Source of the DNA: Eledone cirrhosa
Lineage: Eukaryota
Assembly: GCA_964016885.1 (NCBI GenBank)
Contig: OZ024742.1
Location: forward strand, 354,020,001-354,084,000
Length of the DNA stretch: 64,000 nucleotides
Reading direction: 5' to 3'
The notes under the pieces are model-generated. The model ran no database searches, had not been told where the DNA came from, and saw only the letters and a list, made by a program, of their open reading frames with translations. A program made the translations under genes and the position numbers. How positions within the stretch are numbered: the first letter of the stretch is position 1; each line of letters opens with the position of its first letter. This document shows, piece after piece, positions 42,839 through 56,735 of this stretch.

Positions 42839-42843
<5 letters not shown>
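42641..42843. mobile_element. Fold-back pseudo-LTR fragment: 60-bp arms (42717-42776 / 42784-42843), 7-nt spacer, plus tail
   Basis: One mismatch between arms; GAAA-CGGC-ttgagctca-GCTG-TC half-hammerhead in each arm; located at the centre of the large inverted repeat. Confidence 0.85.
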
Positions 42844-42913
<70 letters not shown>

Positions 42914-42964
42914 TTGTGCGTGTGTGTATATAAATATATATATATATATATGTGTATATATATA

Positions 42965-43045
<81 letters not shown>

Positions 43046-43278
43046 GTGTGTATGTATGTGTGTATATATATATTTAATGTGTTTGTGTGGGCGTGTGTAT
43101 GTATTGTTATATAATGGTTTTGTGTGTATATATATAATAGCCTCAGAAACGGCTTGAGCTCTGCCGTGGGGTCAGACTTCTTCCTATGTGTGTGTAGATA
43201 TATACGTATATGTATGTATGTGTATGTATGTGTGTGTGTATTTCTGTGGTTGTGTTTGTGTGTGTGTGTATGTGTATA

Positions 43279-43329
<51 letters not shown>

Positions 43330-43906
43330 GTATGTGTGTATGTATATGCATAATTACATACAGTGATTTAATGCTTATTTTCATTGATCATTTGCTCCAG
43401 GAACTTGTTGAGTGCTCTTAATCAGCTATAAACATTTATACCCTTTTCTAATTATTTTTTTATTTATTATTTGTCGTATTCCCAACTTTTTTTATTTTTA
43501 TATCTACAATATTTTGTTTTTTTTAATATATATAATGTTAATGTTTTTTTCTTATATATATTTATAATTATATGTGTGTGTCTGTGTATGTATTTATGAA
43601 TACGTATGTGTATATATATGTGTGTGTGTAGATATATATATATATATATGTATATGTATATATGTGTATATATATATGTATTTTAGAATTATACAAGGTT
43701 CATATGAATACATCTAAGAATGAGTTTTACACACATATATGTGTGTTTGTATTTGTATGTATGCGTTTGTGATATCTACGTATATATATGTATGTGTATG
43801 TATGGATGGATATGTATGTATGTATAGGTATATATATATTTATATATATATGTATGTGTATGTATATAGGTATATGTGTGTGTGTGTATATGTATATGTG
43901 TATGCG

Positions 43907-43937
<31 letters not shown>

Positions 43938-44290
43938 GTGTATGTGTGTGTGAGAGTGTGCGTATTTATTTTTACGTGTGTATGTGTAAGTGCAAGTGTG
44001 TGTATTGCTTACCACGTGTGTTTGTTCATTTATTTGCTGCCTGTATCGCTGTCAACACTATAATAATATTTATATTCATTTTTATTCTTATGTGACGGTA
44101 TTTTTATTATTATATTTTTTCTTATAATTATTTGTGTGTGTGAGTATGTAGCTGTATGTACATATTTCTATATTTGTTTATGCGCATGTATGCGTGTATA
44201 TATGTGCGTATGTATGTGTATGTATGTACATGTGTATATATGTATGATTGTGTGTATGTATCTATGTATGTGTAAGTATATATGTATTTG

Positions 44291-44340
<50 letters not shown>

Positions 44341-45154
44341 TGTATATATATATGTATGTGTGTGTATGTATGTATATATATGTTTATGTATAAATATATA
44401 TATATATAGATGCATGTATATGTGTGTGTGTGTGTGTATGCATGTTTGTTTATTTGTATGTATGTGTATGTATGTATGTGTATATGTATATGTATGTTTA
44501 TATATACACATATATATGTGTGTGTGTAAATGTGTGTGTGTATGTGTGTATGTATATAATTGTGTGTGTGTGTGTGTGGTTGCATGTGTGATTATTTTTC
44601 CTTTCCTTCTTCCTTTTCCAGCCTCACTTTCATATAGATTATATTTTTTGTTTATAAAATCCAATGGCAATAAATGCACCAGGATTTTTTCATTCTGATG
44701 ATTGAAAACAAAATTTGTTTGCTTTTAAGAAATAATTGCCTTATGTTGTTTATTACATAACTATTAAGCTATGTTACCTACATAGAGCACTCTTTTTTCT
44801 TGAATTTTCCGACGGAACTACTTCATTTATATGTATATATATAGTAATGATAATAAGTGTGATAACAGTCCTTTTAAGGCCTATTCTCGGATCCGATCAG
44901 AAGTAGTAACCAGGCCGACTAATCACGTCGCTACACACACACACACACAGATATCTATCTAACGCGGGTAAAATTCTCGAGATCCATGGACGAGTTCTCT
45001 CCAGCTGTCTCTGTCCTTCATTATCGCTGCCATGTCCTGCGTCTCCAACAGACCAGTGTCTGTCCTTAGGGCATCAACATACGTTAACCTTGGTCTTCCT
45101 CTTCTAGTGTATATATATATATAATTAGAAAGTGAACAACACAAAATATAACTA

Positions 45155-45222
45155 CTCCATTACCAAAGGTTTCTGGTTCCCAGACAATAATAATAAACGT
45201 CTGCATCGGTCATCAGACAGAG
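45155..45222 (-). ncRNA. Type I hammerhead motif in a TA-flanked pseudo-LTR fragment (~45122-45400)
   Basis: ctctgt-CTGATGA-..cagac..gtctg..-GAAA-CCTTTGG-TA-atggag. Confidence 0.68.
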
Positions 45223-45421
45223 ATATTATGGATAGAAAATATGAAATGAGATATAGAATCTGTTAAAAATTGGAAGTGAGGCTGGAAATATAACGGGAAA
45301 TGTACATAAGAAAAAATATATTAAAAAAAGTGTAAGAAAATAATATAGAAAAATATGTAGCAATATATAAAAAAGCATATGTGTTATATATATATATATA
45401 TATATTGTATACAACAGAGAA

Positions 45422-45602
45422 GGGTGGGGGATTGGCAGTATCGGTAGAGGGTTGGACGCCATGCTTTGCAGCATAGTTACGTCCCTTTATAGTCTGAGTT
45501 CAAATCCAGCCGAGGTTAACGTTGCCTTACGGGGTCGATAAAATAAAGTACCAGTAATACACTGGATTAATTGCTGGCCTTGTGCCAAAAGTAGAAACAA
45601 TT
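45422..45602 (+). mobile_element. MetaSINE-like SINE
   Basis: Box A/B head, ttacggggtcgataaaataaagtacc and 3' ggccttgtgccaaaagtagaaacaatt. Confidence 0.85.
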
Positions 45603-45844
45603 ATATATATATATATATAACAAAGAGTATGTGGTAAGAAACCAGGTGGACCGGACCATAACGCACCCGAGTACTGTGTACTTAGGGTTGTAGAGTGGGT
45701 AATATGAAAATTGTCAGGACCCCGATGGCTGAGCTCCGGCCGTTTCGATCCAGTTTTCTGCGTCCACAGATTGATTTTTTTTTTATTTCAGAAGATCCCG
45801 TGAATGGTGAAAGCAGCGATTCTTTGCTAGAGTTTAATATGTTA

Positions 45845-45894
<50 letters not shown>

Positions 45895-45895
45895 G

Positions 45896-45930
<35 letters not shown>

Positions 45931-46489
45931 AGATTATTAATTTTTTCAACACGCTTACGCGCATGTGTGTGCGTATATGTATGTACATACGCATGTATTT
46001 ATATGTATGTGTATACAACTATAATCCCACAAACAAAGAACAACTTACAAAAATACGCACTCTCGGAAGAACATTCACCCAAATACACATACTTTCACAC
46101 AAACACATACATACATTCACACAAACACCATGCGCATTTACACAAACACACACATACACATACATTCATGTCAGCAACGTTCGATAAATTGGAAATGGGA
46201 GGGTAAAATTAAGTATAACTTGATATTTATTTATTAACAACACAGTTTAGCTCTTTAAATTTAACTTCATTTGTTGTTACATGTTTATTTACAGTTGCAT
46301 AAATATATCAAACTATGCTTACAGAACGAAAATACAAACAAATATAATACATACAAAGTAAAGGGAAAGAAAAAAAAGAAAGAGTAAAAGCACACAAGCA
46401 CGTAATACACAAATCAAGGATCACATACAACAAAAAGGCAAGCTAAAGGGGTGGACAAACGAGCCGGTAGCAGTACAAAAGTTAGTAAT

Positions 46490-46930
46490 ATACCGAGGAG
46501 CATTGAGAAACCTCTAATAATATTTGTGGCAAGCCTGCATACTGGCAGCGTTACCTCTTGTTATGGCGCGGCTGAGATGCTGGAACACTCAAATGCCCTC
46601 ACGAACTATATCAGTTACATCTGTTAGGCGAGCCGCCAGTGAAGATAAGAACCTCGCGGTCAGTAGCCCGACACCCCAAACGTCTCGAACGCCACATGCT
46701 GGATAAAATAATTAGCTGACAGAACACGGTATTTTAGGGTTTTGTTCCATTCACCCTTACCGCTACATCCAGGATCTAGGAAGAAGCAATAGGGTCTTGA
46801 ACTGTGACGTCCCAGGTAAGACAACTGCCTCTTGACCAGGAGCACAGAGTAAGACCGTCAAGTATTTTCCCATCAATTCAGGACAGCTCAGACGATTCCA
46901 AAATTGCCCGAGCCAAATCTCTTAAATGGT
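46490..46930 (-). mobile_element. CRE-clade-like RLE fragment, degenerate
   Basis: LDGLTLCSWSRGSCLTWDVTV, VAFETFG, FQHLSRAITRGNA. Confidence 0.68.
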
Positions 46931-47099
46931 AATAGGAAGGTTTGTGTATGTGCACGCGCGTGAGTTTGTCGGCGTTCTTAAATTGGAGACCTGTGTGTGT
47001 GTTTCACCGTTTTTAATTTAGAGACATATATATATATATATATCCCTTTCCTTTTACACTCACATATATTCACACAAACACACACGCATATTGTGTGAC

Positions 47100-47720
47100 G
47101 AACGGATGGACATAGGTACGTCAAATGTATATACATGTGAATGGAGTTCTACTGAAGCAGGTAGAGAAGTTGAAGTATCTCGGGGCACTATTCAAAAGTG
47201 ATGCAAGGCAGGAGGTTGAATTAAGTGCACGAATTGGAAAAGCTGATGCAGTAATGCGCCAGCTCCAGCATTCAGTAATCAGAAGAAGGGAGGTAGGTGT
47301 AAAAGCTAAACTCTCTGTCTTCCCCGTCTTCCTGCCAATTCTTACCCAGGACCATGTATCTTGGGTAATTACAGAAAGATTACATTTGCATACAAGCGGC
47401 AGAAATGGGGTCCCTCCGAAGAGACCAGAGAGTCACTCCTGGTAGAGATGTTACTTCTCCGGATTGAGAGAGTGTAGCTCCGATACTATAGGCATGTGTT
47501 TAGAATTTCTCAATAAAGAATCGTTTGACAGATTTTACAGGCAAAACCATTCGTGAAGAGTCCCAGATGGAGATCTTGAGCAACATATTTGGATAACAAC
47601 CATGAACTTGGCTGGTCTCGCTTTTGGTATCCAGCTCCATCAGCCAGAGATGGTTGCTTCTGACAGACTCACCGGAAGGAGTGTTTGAGAAGAAATCTAC
47701 CCCCACGACTCTCTCAGATA
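47100..47720 (+). mobile_element. Degenerate RTE-clade LINE 3' fragment
   Basis: LKQVEKLKYLG..ELSARIGKA..KAKLSVF..PILT. Confidence 0.7.
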
Positions 47721-47870
47721 TATGTGGGCAAAAAAGAAGATATTGTCAATTTACTTTTTAATTTACACATATCAATATGCATATATATTTGCATACAATA
47801 CCATTATGCACAATACATATGCTAGCGGGAAACCTCCGTAAGGTCCGTTTTTTTGCTAGTAATAATAATA

Positions 47871-48057
47871 ATTGTTTCTACATTTGGCACAAGGCCATCA
47901 ATTACACAGTAAATTACTGGTACTTTACTTTATCGACCCCGTAAGGATGAAAGGCAAAGTTAACCTAAACGGGATTTGAACTAAGACCGTAAATGGACGT
48001 AACTATGCTAGAAAGCATGGCGTCCAACCCTCTACCGATACTGCCAATTCACCGCCC
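47871..48057 (-). mobile_element. MetaSINE-like SINE with TSD ctagtaataataataat
   Basis: Full head-body-tail; duplicated flank starting at 47856 and 48057. Confidence 0.88.
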
Positions 48058-50328
48058 TAGTAATAATAATAATGAGATTCACATGCGACTAGGATATAGG
48101 TTTTGTTATTTGGAAGCTCGACAGTGCGTGTTTGGTGAAAATGCCATGGTAATATAAGCGTAGGTGGAGGAGGGGAAAGAACACAGGGAAGCTAGATAAA
48201 AGAGTGAGTATGATAGAAAATAACCTCAATTTTTAATACTTTTGAATGTTCCATCCATTACCAAGGGGGAGAGAAATCTGAGAAATGCCGTAAAGGCGAC
48301 AACTGATCGTTAAATATGCATTTGTGGTCTTATGTATGTTCGTTTATGTGTGTTGCAAATATCATAGAGATATGTTGGCTAATATTTTCAAGAAATATAG
48401 CTGGCGAGAAAACATGGAAATTAATAAATCTGAAGGAATCCATTCAAAATAATATAACAGCACACATGTGGTCGTTCTATGAAAAAATGAAACTAATACA
48501 AGCAATAAATCTTGTAAAATAAATAGGTTGGTAATTGGTAATGTTTCAAATGTTGGTTTGGTAGTGCTAAAAGTAAACAAAAAAATCGCCGAACTATTAA
48601 AATAACAATACGAGAAATATAGAAAATAATAATCGTTTAATTTTGAAATGATATTAGTGTAAAAAGAGAAGAAAGACGAAATCTCTACTCATACTATCTT
48701 AGATTAAATTGAAATAGAGCCAACACGAATATCAAGAAAACCATAACATAGCTGGATTAAATGCTAAGATATATGATGCTGTTTATACCAGTATTTATAC
48801 ACCACCTACTCCACCCACAGTACAATATTTCAAGACTCTAATAGCAGCCAGATACAGAGTAGTCAACATAAAACAAGCACATTAAAATACGTAAAGAATA
48901 TAAGTGATGGCATAGCTGTATGGTTAAGGTGGTCACGTTGCAATCCCGTGGTTTTGAGTTCACTTCCACTGCGTAGCACTTTCGACAAGTGTCTTCTACT
49001 CTAACCTACAGAAGCAAGATATATACTTAAGTCAATTTAGTTGGATAAAGACTTGTCAATCGACTTATTTAAATGTAAAATGTTATTAACTGACAGTTAC
49101 TTACTTATATAGGTCTGGAGGATGAGAAATAAAGGATAGGACTAAGGATGGCGGAACAGTAAATAGATATATGGAAAAGCATGTATCATCTGACTGATTA
49201 AATGACAAGTCAGTCAATCATAATGGTGGGTCCCCACAGCCCCAGCGGACAGAATGGAGAAGGCGTTTCCCCGGAGGACGGCAAGGGAGACGCGCTAGAA
49301 AAGCTACTCCAACTCGCGGGGCCCACACAAGCGGCTGGCTAGGGAGGTAAAACAAATATATATGATAATATTTATTCCGTTATTCTAATAATAGAAATGG
49401 TGGCTTTATATTTATGGACGTATCAAGAAGTTTGGTATATGCCAGAGAGGCGGCGTTTCTGTTACGATTTAATAAGTCATAACATCAACAGCAATATTGA
49501 ACAGGTTCTGGTTGTTCTCATTGATATTGCTGTTATTTATTCCTTGTTGCATTACGTGTTTTGTTTTGGGCAAGTGCATACGTTGCTTCTCTTCTGAATA
49601 TATAATTTATATTACTGAAACCTATATTTGTTATGGTTTCACTTTTTCCTTATTGATTCTTCAAGGATTGTTGATAAATTATGTGCATTCATATTAGGAA
49701 ATAGCTGCCTGACGAAATATAGACAGAGGGACAAATCAATAAAACAATAAAAACATAGAGGTATGCTCATTGAGATATTTCAATGGCCTATGCTTGGTAA
49801 ACCGTAGAATCATAGAAACACAAACAATCCGCTACACATCAAATGCAATGACAACTTAAAATAACGGTTCGGCTGTAGCCCTCACGTGCCACAAATAAAA
49901 TCAAAATGATAAAATTATTAAAAAAAAGCTTTCTATTCTATATGCATATTTTACCCAACAGCGTAGCCCTAGAAACACCCACAACAGAAAGCACATGTGA
50001 ATTATCAGAAAAGTTTGTCACATTCTGATTTTAAGCCCAACCACAATAAACTGTCGGCCATAAGAAAATACATTTCAAACAAAACAATATCAGAAATTGA
50101 TATAGGCAACGTACATGACGAAAACAACGGGACCTACAAATGCAGACAACATAGAGTAAATCACATTAGTAGGCAAACCATATATTTAACGAATATTACG
50201 CTCAATACAATAGGAATAACAATACCAAGAGGAAGCAGTTCATAACCGTGGCACACACAGTAGTGTTCGTAATATAATGAAGAAGAACAACAAATATGAC
50301 TAACGTAACAACAACAACTAATAATAAC

Positions 50329-50362
<34 letters not shown>

Positions 50363-50510
50363 GCTTTTTGGAACGCTTCAAAAGGCATGCTTGCTAGGAA
50401 CAGCAAGAACCCTCCGATACGTCCTGAATATCTGAGGCTGCAGGTAGTGGCTTGATATTAATCTCAACAAACTTTCCAGTTAACTAACATCAATGTCTGA
50501 GACTCAAAGA
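50363..50510 (+). mobile_element. Very short Dong-A 3' end in (TAA)n
   Basis: Matches 38190-38337. Confidence 0.9.
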
Positions 50511-50534
50511 GTAATAATAATAATAATATTAATA

Positions 50535-50880
50535 ATGCTTTCTTTATTAACCACAAGGTTTTACACAAAGTAGACATTAAGGACTGTACATGACAATACA
50601 GGACGGTACAAAAGGGCATTTCTGTGTGTAAAAAAAACAAGAAACAGTGGATGTAATAATAGAACATTGAAAACATTTCCCCAATAGGGGGGAAGACCTC
50701 CGAGGGTCATTCGTGGAGAAAGCCCATTAAAAGCCACTGTGACCCTGACCACCAGGGCAAGTGCCCTCTCCCAGTTTTCCACCTTTAATTAACAGACACT
50801 TACTCAGAGTAGGCCCATTCATTCGGGCCATTCTTGCCTCTCTCACCCATCTTTCAACAAAATGCTGGGAAGAGAGCACT
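50535..50880 (-). mobile_element. Tx1-like 3' fragment in (TAA)n
   Basis: Matches 1622-1973 including AATAAA; taataa at both ends. Confidence 0.9.
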
Positions 50881-50886
50881 TAATAA

Positions 50887-53800
50887 GGGACGAAAACGCA
50901 CATGGTGGATATATATCGTCATGGAATCGCTCCCGTAAATTTTCCCCCACTACCTCTTGCTAAGACATGCATCGTAGTGTCCCCATTAAAAGAGGAAGGC
51001 ATCAAAAGATATAAATAGACTGATTTGATGCCCCTGTCAAAAAATCAAAAAACCAAAAATAAAAATAAAAACAGCACAGCAACAACGAAAAACGTAAAGA
51101 AAAGAAAAATGAAAAGAAAAACAAAGACAGACAGAGAAGCGAAAAAAAAAAAAAAAAACTAAGTCAGACTTTCAAACATTACATTACAATGAAACTTATG
51201 CTTATTCTTTTTTTGGCGGTTTTTAACCTATTTGTTTGTTTGTTTATTTATGTTCGTCTACAGCGTGATAGTGCCACACTAAAATCACCGGTGGTTATGT
51301 AACCATACATTCACCAATCCTCGATAAGAGTGTTTAAATGTCGAACCTAAACAGTTCGAATAACGGTGAAGTGGAGACTGGAATGTCATGTGACAGACTC
51401 TCACCCAGCAGGTGCTCCCTGGCTCAGCAGAAGGCACCTGGCTGTCAACCTAATACTGCTGGTGTCGGTGGAAGAATAAGAAGGAAAGAGACCAGAACCA
51501 ACTGGACGAAAGAATTGAATAGAACCGTTATGCAATGTTACCTGAAGAGTAACCCCAAGGAGAAAGGCTATAGGAAACGGATGCATAACATCTGGAACGA
51601 GATTGGTCTGTTTAAATTAGATGAACAAAAATTAGCCGGGCAGGCTCGGGTAATAAGAACTAATGGGTGGATAAGCGAGCTGGAACTGGAGGAACTGAGC
51701 AGGGAGATTAGCTTGGAAATGGAGAGTGGAATATGCCAGGCAAACGAACCAGTGGGAAATGAAGGTGAAGAGGTTGAGAAAACGGAGGAACCATCCGAAG
51801 AAGACAATAATCTGAATGCTGAAATAAATACTACCTGGAACAAAGATACGGCCATTGAGGAGATGAATGCTGACGGGCTAGGACACGATTTGGTTGATAT
51901 CCTAAACTTAGTGGTAAATGAATTGAACAATGATAGTGGGAAACCTATGAACCTAAGATTTGTAGACAGGAAAAGGTTGAAAGAAACAACAGCTAAGGTA
52001 AACAAAGTCATCCCATACCTTGAGGCGAGGAGCCTTCACCAGTGCAACAATATCCTCAAAGCAACAGCAAATGCGGTGAGGAAATTACTTGGCATAAAAG
52101 CGAGAGGAAACAACAAACAAGAGAGATCAGAACCTTGGTAGAAGAGACGACTGAATGGTCAAATCAGGGAAATGAGAACTGACATTGGAAAGCTTGAGTC
52201 CCTACTGAATGGGACACTAAAAAATATAGACACTAAAAATAGACTGGAAATAAAGTACAGAACTAGGAGGAAAAAGCTAAATATTATCATAGAGGAACTG
52301 AAGCTACGCATTGTAGCAAAGAGTGCAAAAATTAGGCGATACGAGAGCAGAGTCAGTCAGTATAGACAGAACCGCATGTTTGACAACAACTAGAAGATGC
52401 TGTTTGGACAGCTTGAAGGGAAAGAAAGAGGCAATGATTTGATCCCTAAGGCGGAACAAACTAAGACATTCTGGAGAGGAATATGGGAGCATGATGTTAA
52501 ACATAATGACCAGGCAGTGTGAATTGAGACATACAATAGGAGATTAGTGAACAGGCACACCAACAAACTTATTTGAGTATCACAGTTGAAACTCTTAAGA
52601 GGCAGGCCAAAAAGCTAACCAACTGGAAATCACCAGGCCCAGATGTGATTAAAAATATAACATCCCTCCACCCGAAACTGACAACCATGTTCAATGACTG
52701 CTTGATGTCAGGTGAGGTACTAGAGTGGTTGACAACAAGTACCACAGTTCTGGTAATGAAGACCTAATCAAGGGTAATGATGTTACCAACTATAGACCTA
52801 TCACATGCCTGTCCATAATGTGGAAACTGTTGACAAGCATTGTCTGTGGAAATCTACCATCACCTCCAAACAAACAACTTGTTACCGTACGAACAGAAAG
52901 GATGCTGAAAGAAGTCCCTTGGTACAAAAGACCAGTTACTTATTGATAAGATGGTAATGAGTAATTGCAAGAGGAGACACACTGGTCTTGACATGGGATG
53001 GATAAACTACAAAAAGGCATTTGACATGGTGCCTAATTCTTGGATCACCAAAAGCCTCGAGATATTCAAGATGGCAGATAACATCAGACAGTTGTTGGTC
53101 AAAAGTATGAAGTCCTGGAAAACAGAGTTAACATCAACTGGAGAATCCTCGGGAAGCGTGAAGATCAAAAGAGGTATCTTCCAGGGAGATAGTCTGTCCC
53201 CTCTGTTGTTTGTCCTTGCCCCGATGCCCCTGACCAGTGTACTGCGAAAAGTGAGAGCAGGATACAGGTTGGGAAAGGGAGGGCTTACCATCAATCACCT
53301 CCTCTTCATGGACGATCTTAAGCTCTTCGGGAAGAGTGAGAAGGAGTTGGATGTGCTTGTTGACACTGTCCGTATTTTCAGCAGTGATATATGTATGCAG
53401 TTTGGTATTAGTAAGTGTGGAGTCATTGTGATGAGGAGGGGTAGGTTGAGCAGAAGTAACGGAATCCAGGTACCGACAGGTGAGATGATAAAGGAAATTA
53501 ACTCTGAAGAAGGATACAAGTATTTGGGTATTCTGGAGGCTGATGACATCAAGAACAAAAAAACGAAGGAATTGATAAGATTTGAATACATTCGGAGAGT
53601 AAGGAGCGTATTAAAATCACATCTGAACAGTAGGAATGCCATAAGTGTAGTAAATTCTCGAGCTGTGTCTATTATTAGGTACAGTGCGGGAATTCTGAGA
53701 TGGAATGTTGCTGAACAAAAAGAAATGCATAGGAAGGCTAGGAAGCTATTGGCTATCTACAACATGTTCCACAAGAGGAGTGATGTCGATATACTCTACT

Positions 53801-55927
53801 TAAGGAGATCTGAAGGTGGAAGAGGTCTTATCAGCATAGATGACTGTGTTCAGATGGAGAAAAACAACCTACACAAATACGTGTCCGATAGTAAGGAGCC
53901 AATCCTCAGAATTGTACTGAAAGAGAGGACAATAGACCAGGGGTTGTCCAAGGAGGAAATAACAACAAGTGAAAGAGCAGCCTTCATGAAAAATCCCTTC
54001 ATAATACCTTCTTTGAGAAAACTGAATTCAGAGATCCACAAACATGGAACTGGTTCAAAAGAGGAGAGCTTAAAAAGGCTTCAGAAGGAATGCTAATGGC
54101 TGCGCAAGATCAGGCCCTCAAAACGAAGTGGTTGAAACACCATATTTACAAGGAGGAGGCTAGTGCACTGTGCGGGATCTGTGGAGAGAGAGGAGAATGT
54201 GGCTCACATTGTATCCGAGTGTAAACACCTAGCCCAGACTCACTATAAAGGCTGAAGACATGATATGAAGGGCAGGGGGATGCACTGACTCCTACGGTAA
54301 GTAAACAATTTACCACATTCTGAGAAGTGGTGTGAGCATAACCCAGAGTCGGATATACTGCGAAAAGTGAGAGCAGGATACAAGTTGGGAAAGGGAGAGC
54401 TTACCATCAATCACCTGCTCTTCATGTACGATCTTAAGCTCTTTCGGAAGAGTGAGAAGGATTTGGACGTGCTAGTTGACACTGTCCGTAGTTTCAGCAA
54501 TGATATACGTATGCAATTTGGTATTAGTAAGTGTGGAGTCCTTGTGATGAAGAGGGTAAATTGAGCAGAAGCAACGGAATCCAGGTACCAACAGGTGAGA
54601 TGATAAAGGAAATGGATACCGAAGAATGATACAAGTATTTGGGTATTCTGGAGGCAGATGACATCAAGAACAAAAAAATGAAGGAACTGATAATATCTGA
54701 ATACATTCGGAGAGTAAGGAGCGTATTAAAGTCACATCTGAAAAGTAGGAATGCCATAAGTGCAGTAAATTCCCGAGCTGTGTCTATTATTAGGTACAGT
54801 GTGGGAATTCTGAGATGGAATGTTGCTAAACAAAAAGAAATGGATAGGAAGACTAGGAAGCTATTGACTATCTACATGTTCCACAAGAGGAGTGATGTCG
54901 ATAGACTCTACTTAACTAGATCTGAAGGTGGAAGAGGTCTTATCAGCATAGTTGACTGTGTTCAGATGGAGAAAAACAACCTACACAAATACGTGACTGA
55001 TAGTAAGGAGCCAATGCTCCGAATTGTACTGAAGGGGAGGACCAGGGGATGTCCAAGGAGGAAATGTCGAAAAGGAGGAAGAGCAACCTTCATGAAAAAT
55101 CCCTTCATAATGCCTTCTTTGAGAAAAATGAATTTAGGGATCCACAGACATGGAACTGGTTGAAAAGAGGAGACGTTAAAAAAGGCTACAGAAGGAATGC
55201 TTATGGCTGCGCAAAAGCAGGCCCTCAAATCGAAGTAGCTGAAGCACCATTTTTTACAAGGAGGAGGCTAACCCACTGAGTAGGATCTGTGGAGAGAGAG
55301 AGAGGAGACTGTGGCTGACATTGTATCCGAGTGTAAACACCTAGCCCAGACTCACTTAAAGGCTGGAGACTGATGTGATGGGCAGGGTGATCCACTGGCA
55401 TCTATGGAAAGTAAACAATTTATCACATTCTGAGAAGTGGTAAGAGCATAAGCCAGAGTAGGTGATAGAAAACGATCAGGTGAACGCGCTATGGGATTTT
55501 AGGATACAGACGGACAAGAAACTGGAACACAATAGACCTGACCTGGTGGTTTTCGACAAGGACAAGAGATCGCGCCTGATTGTGGATGTAGCTTGCCCAT
55601 TCGACATGAGATTGCAAGAGAAGGAGAGGGAGAAAATTAACCGATACCAAGACTTAAAGTGGGAGGTAAAAAAGGATTTGGAACTGCCATGAAGTCAAAG
55701 TTGTTCCGATTGTCATAGGCGCACTAGGTACTACCTCAAAGGTTTTCCAAGGATGGTTAAAGAAAATTTGTCCGCCGCGCTTTTTGGAACACTTCAAAAG
55801 GCATGCTTGCTGGGAACAGCAAGAACCCTCCGATACGTCCTGAATATCTGAGGCTGCAGGTAGTGGCTTGATATTCGTGTCAATATACTTTCCAGTTAAA
55901 TAACATCAATCACTGAGACTCAAAGAA
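50887..55927 (+). mobile_element. Dong family A copy, degenerate, with ~1.1-kb internal duplication
   Basis: Collinear with 33483-38340 and carrying many stops. At ~54356 the sequence restarts at tactgcgaaaagtgagagcagg (first seen at ~53240). Ends in (TAA)n. Confidence 0.92.
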
Positions 55928-56554
55928 CAATAATAATAATAATAAAATATTTGAAATAAATCAAACACCATTGACGAAACAATATGAATCGAGCACCATC
56001 GGCAAAACAATAATAATCGAACACCATCGACAAAACAATAATAAAAACACTAATAAAACGAAGTGGAAACATAATGGACGAATACCAAAGAAATTTACAA
56101 AAGATAAATCATCCTTATAACATAATTGTCTTTATTAAAATTACGGACCACATGTGTCAATAAAAAAACTGAATATCAGCCGATCCACTACTCAGAATTT
56201 ATAAATCAAAACAAAAAGAAAAACGATATATGTAAGTAACAAATTCTATTGATTATATTACACACACATGTATTATAAACACAACGAAAAATGTACACAA
56301 AACAAATATGCAGATATACAGACGTTCGCTCTTTGAACTTAATGAAAATACTATTTGAAGAAAAGATCAGTCGTAGATCTGACGATACGAGTTGCTTATT
56401 TCGAGGAGTAAGTTTTGTTTAATTTGGTATTCCCTAACACGAAAATTCGACAAATTATTTCACTACTTACCTCTACAAATAATATGACACTAGTTGTGAG
56501 AACTGCATAAATACTTTTTTTTATATATTTACCCATTACAATCGCTGTTTACAT

Positions 56555-56735
56555 GTTGCAGTATCGGTAGAGTGTCGGACGCCATTCTTTGACGCATAGA
56601 ATTACGGCTCATGTCCTTCTGAGTTCAAATCCCGCTGAGGTTAACTTTGCCTTTCATCCTTACGGGGTCGATAAAATAAAGTACAAATAATGCACTGGAT
56701 AATTGCTGGCCTTGTGCCAAAAGTAGAAATAATTA
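56555..56735 (+). mobile_element. MetaSINE-like SINE
   Basis: Aligns to the other copies. Confidence 0.82.

Larger units (their letters stand above)
40206..44757. repeat. Large diverged inverted repeat (arms ~40206-42600 and ~43045-44757)
   Basis: Collinear reverse-complement unique blocks: 40206-40400/44575-44757, 41460-41630/43950-44130, 41910-41955/43680-43735, 42160-42300/43345-43490 and 42447-42530/43100-43187. The left arm carries an extra 40715-41260 segment. Confidence 0.9.
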
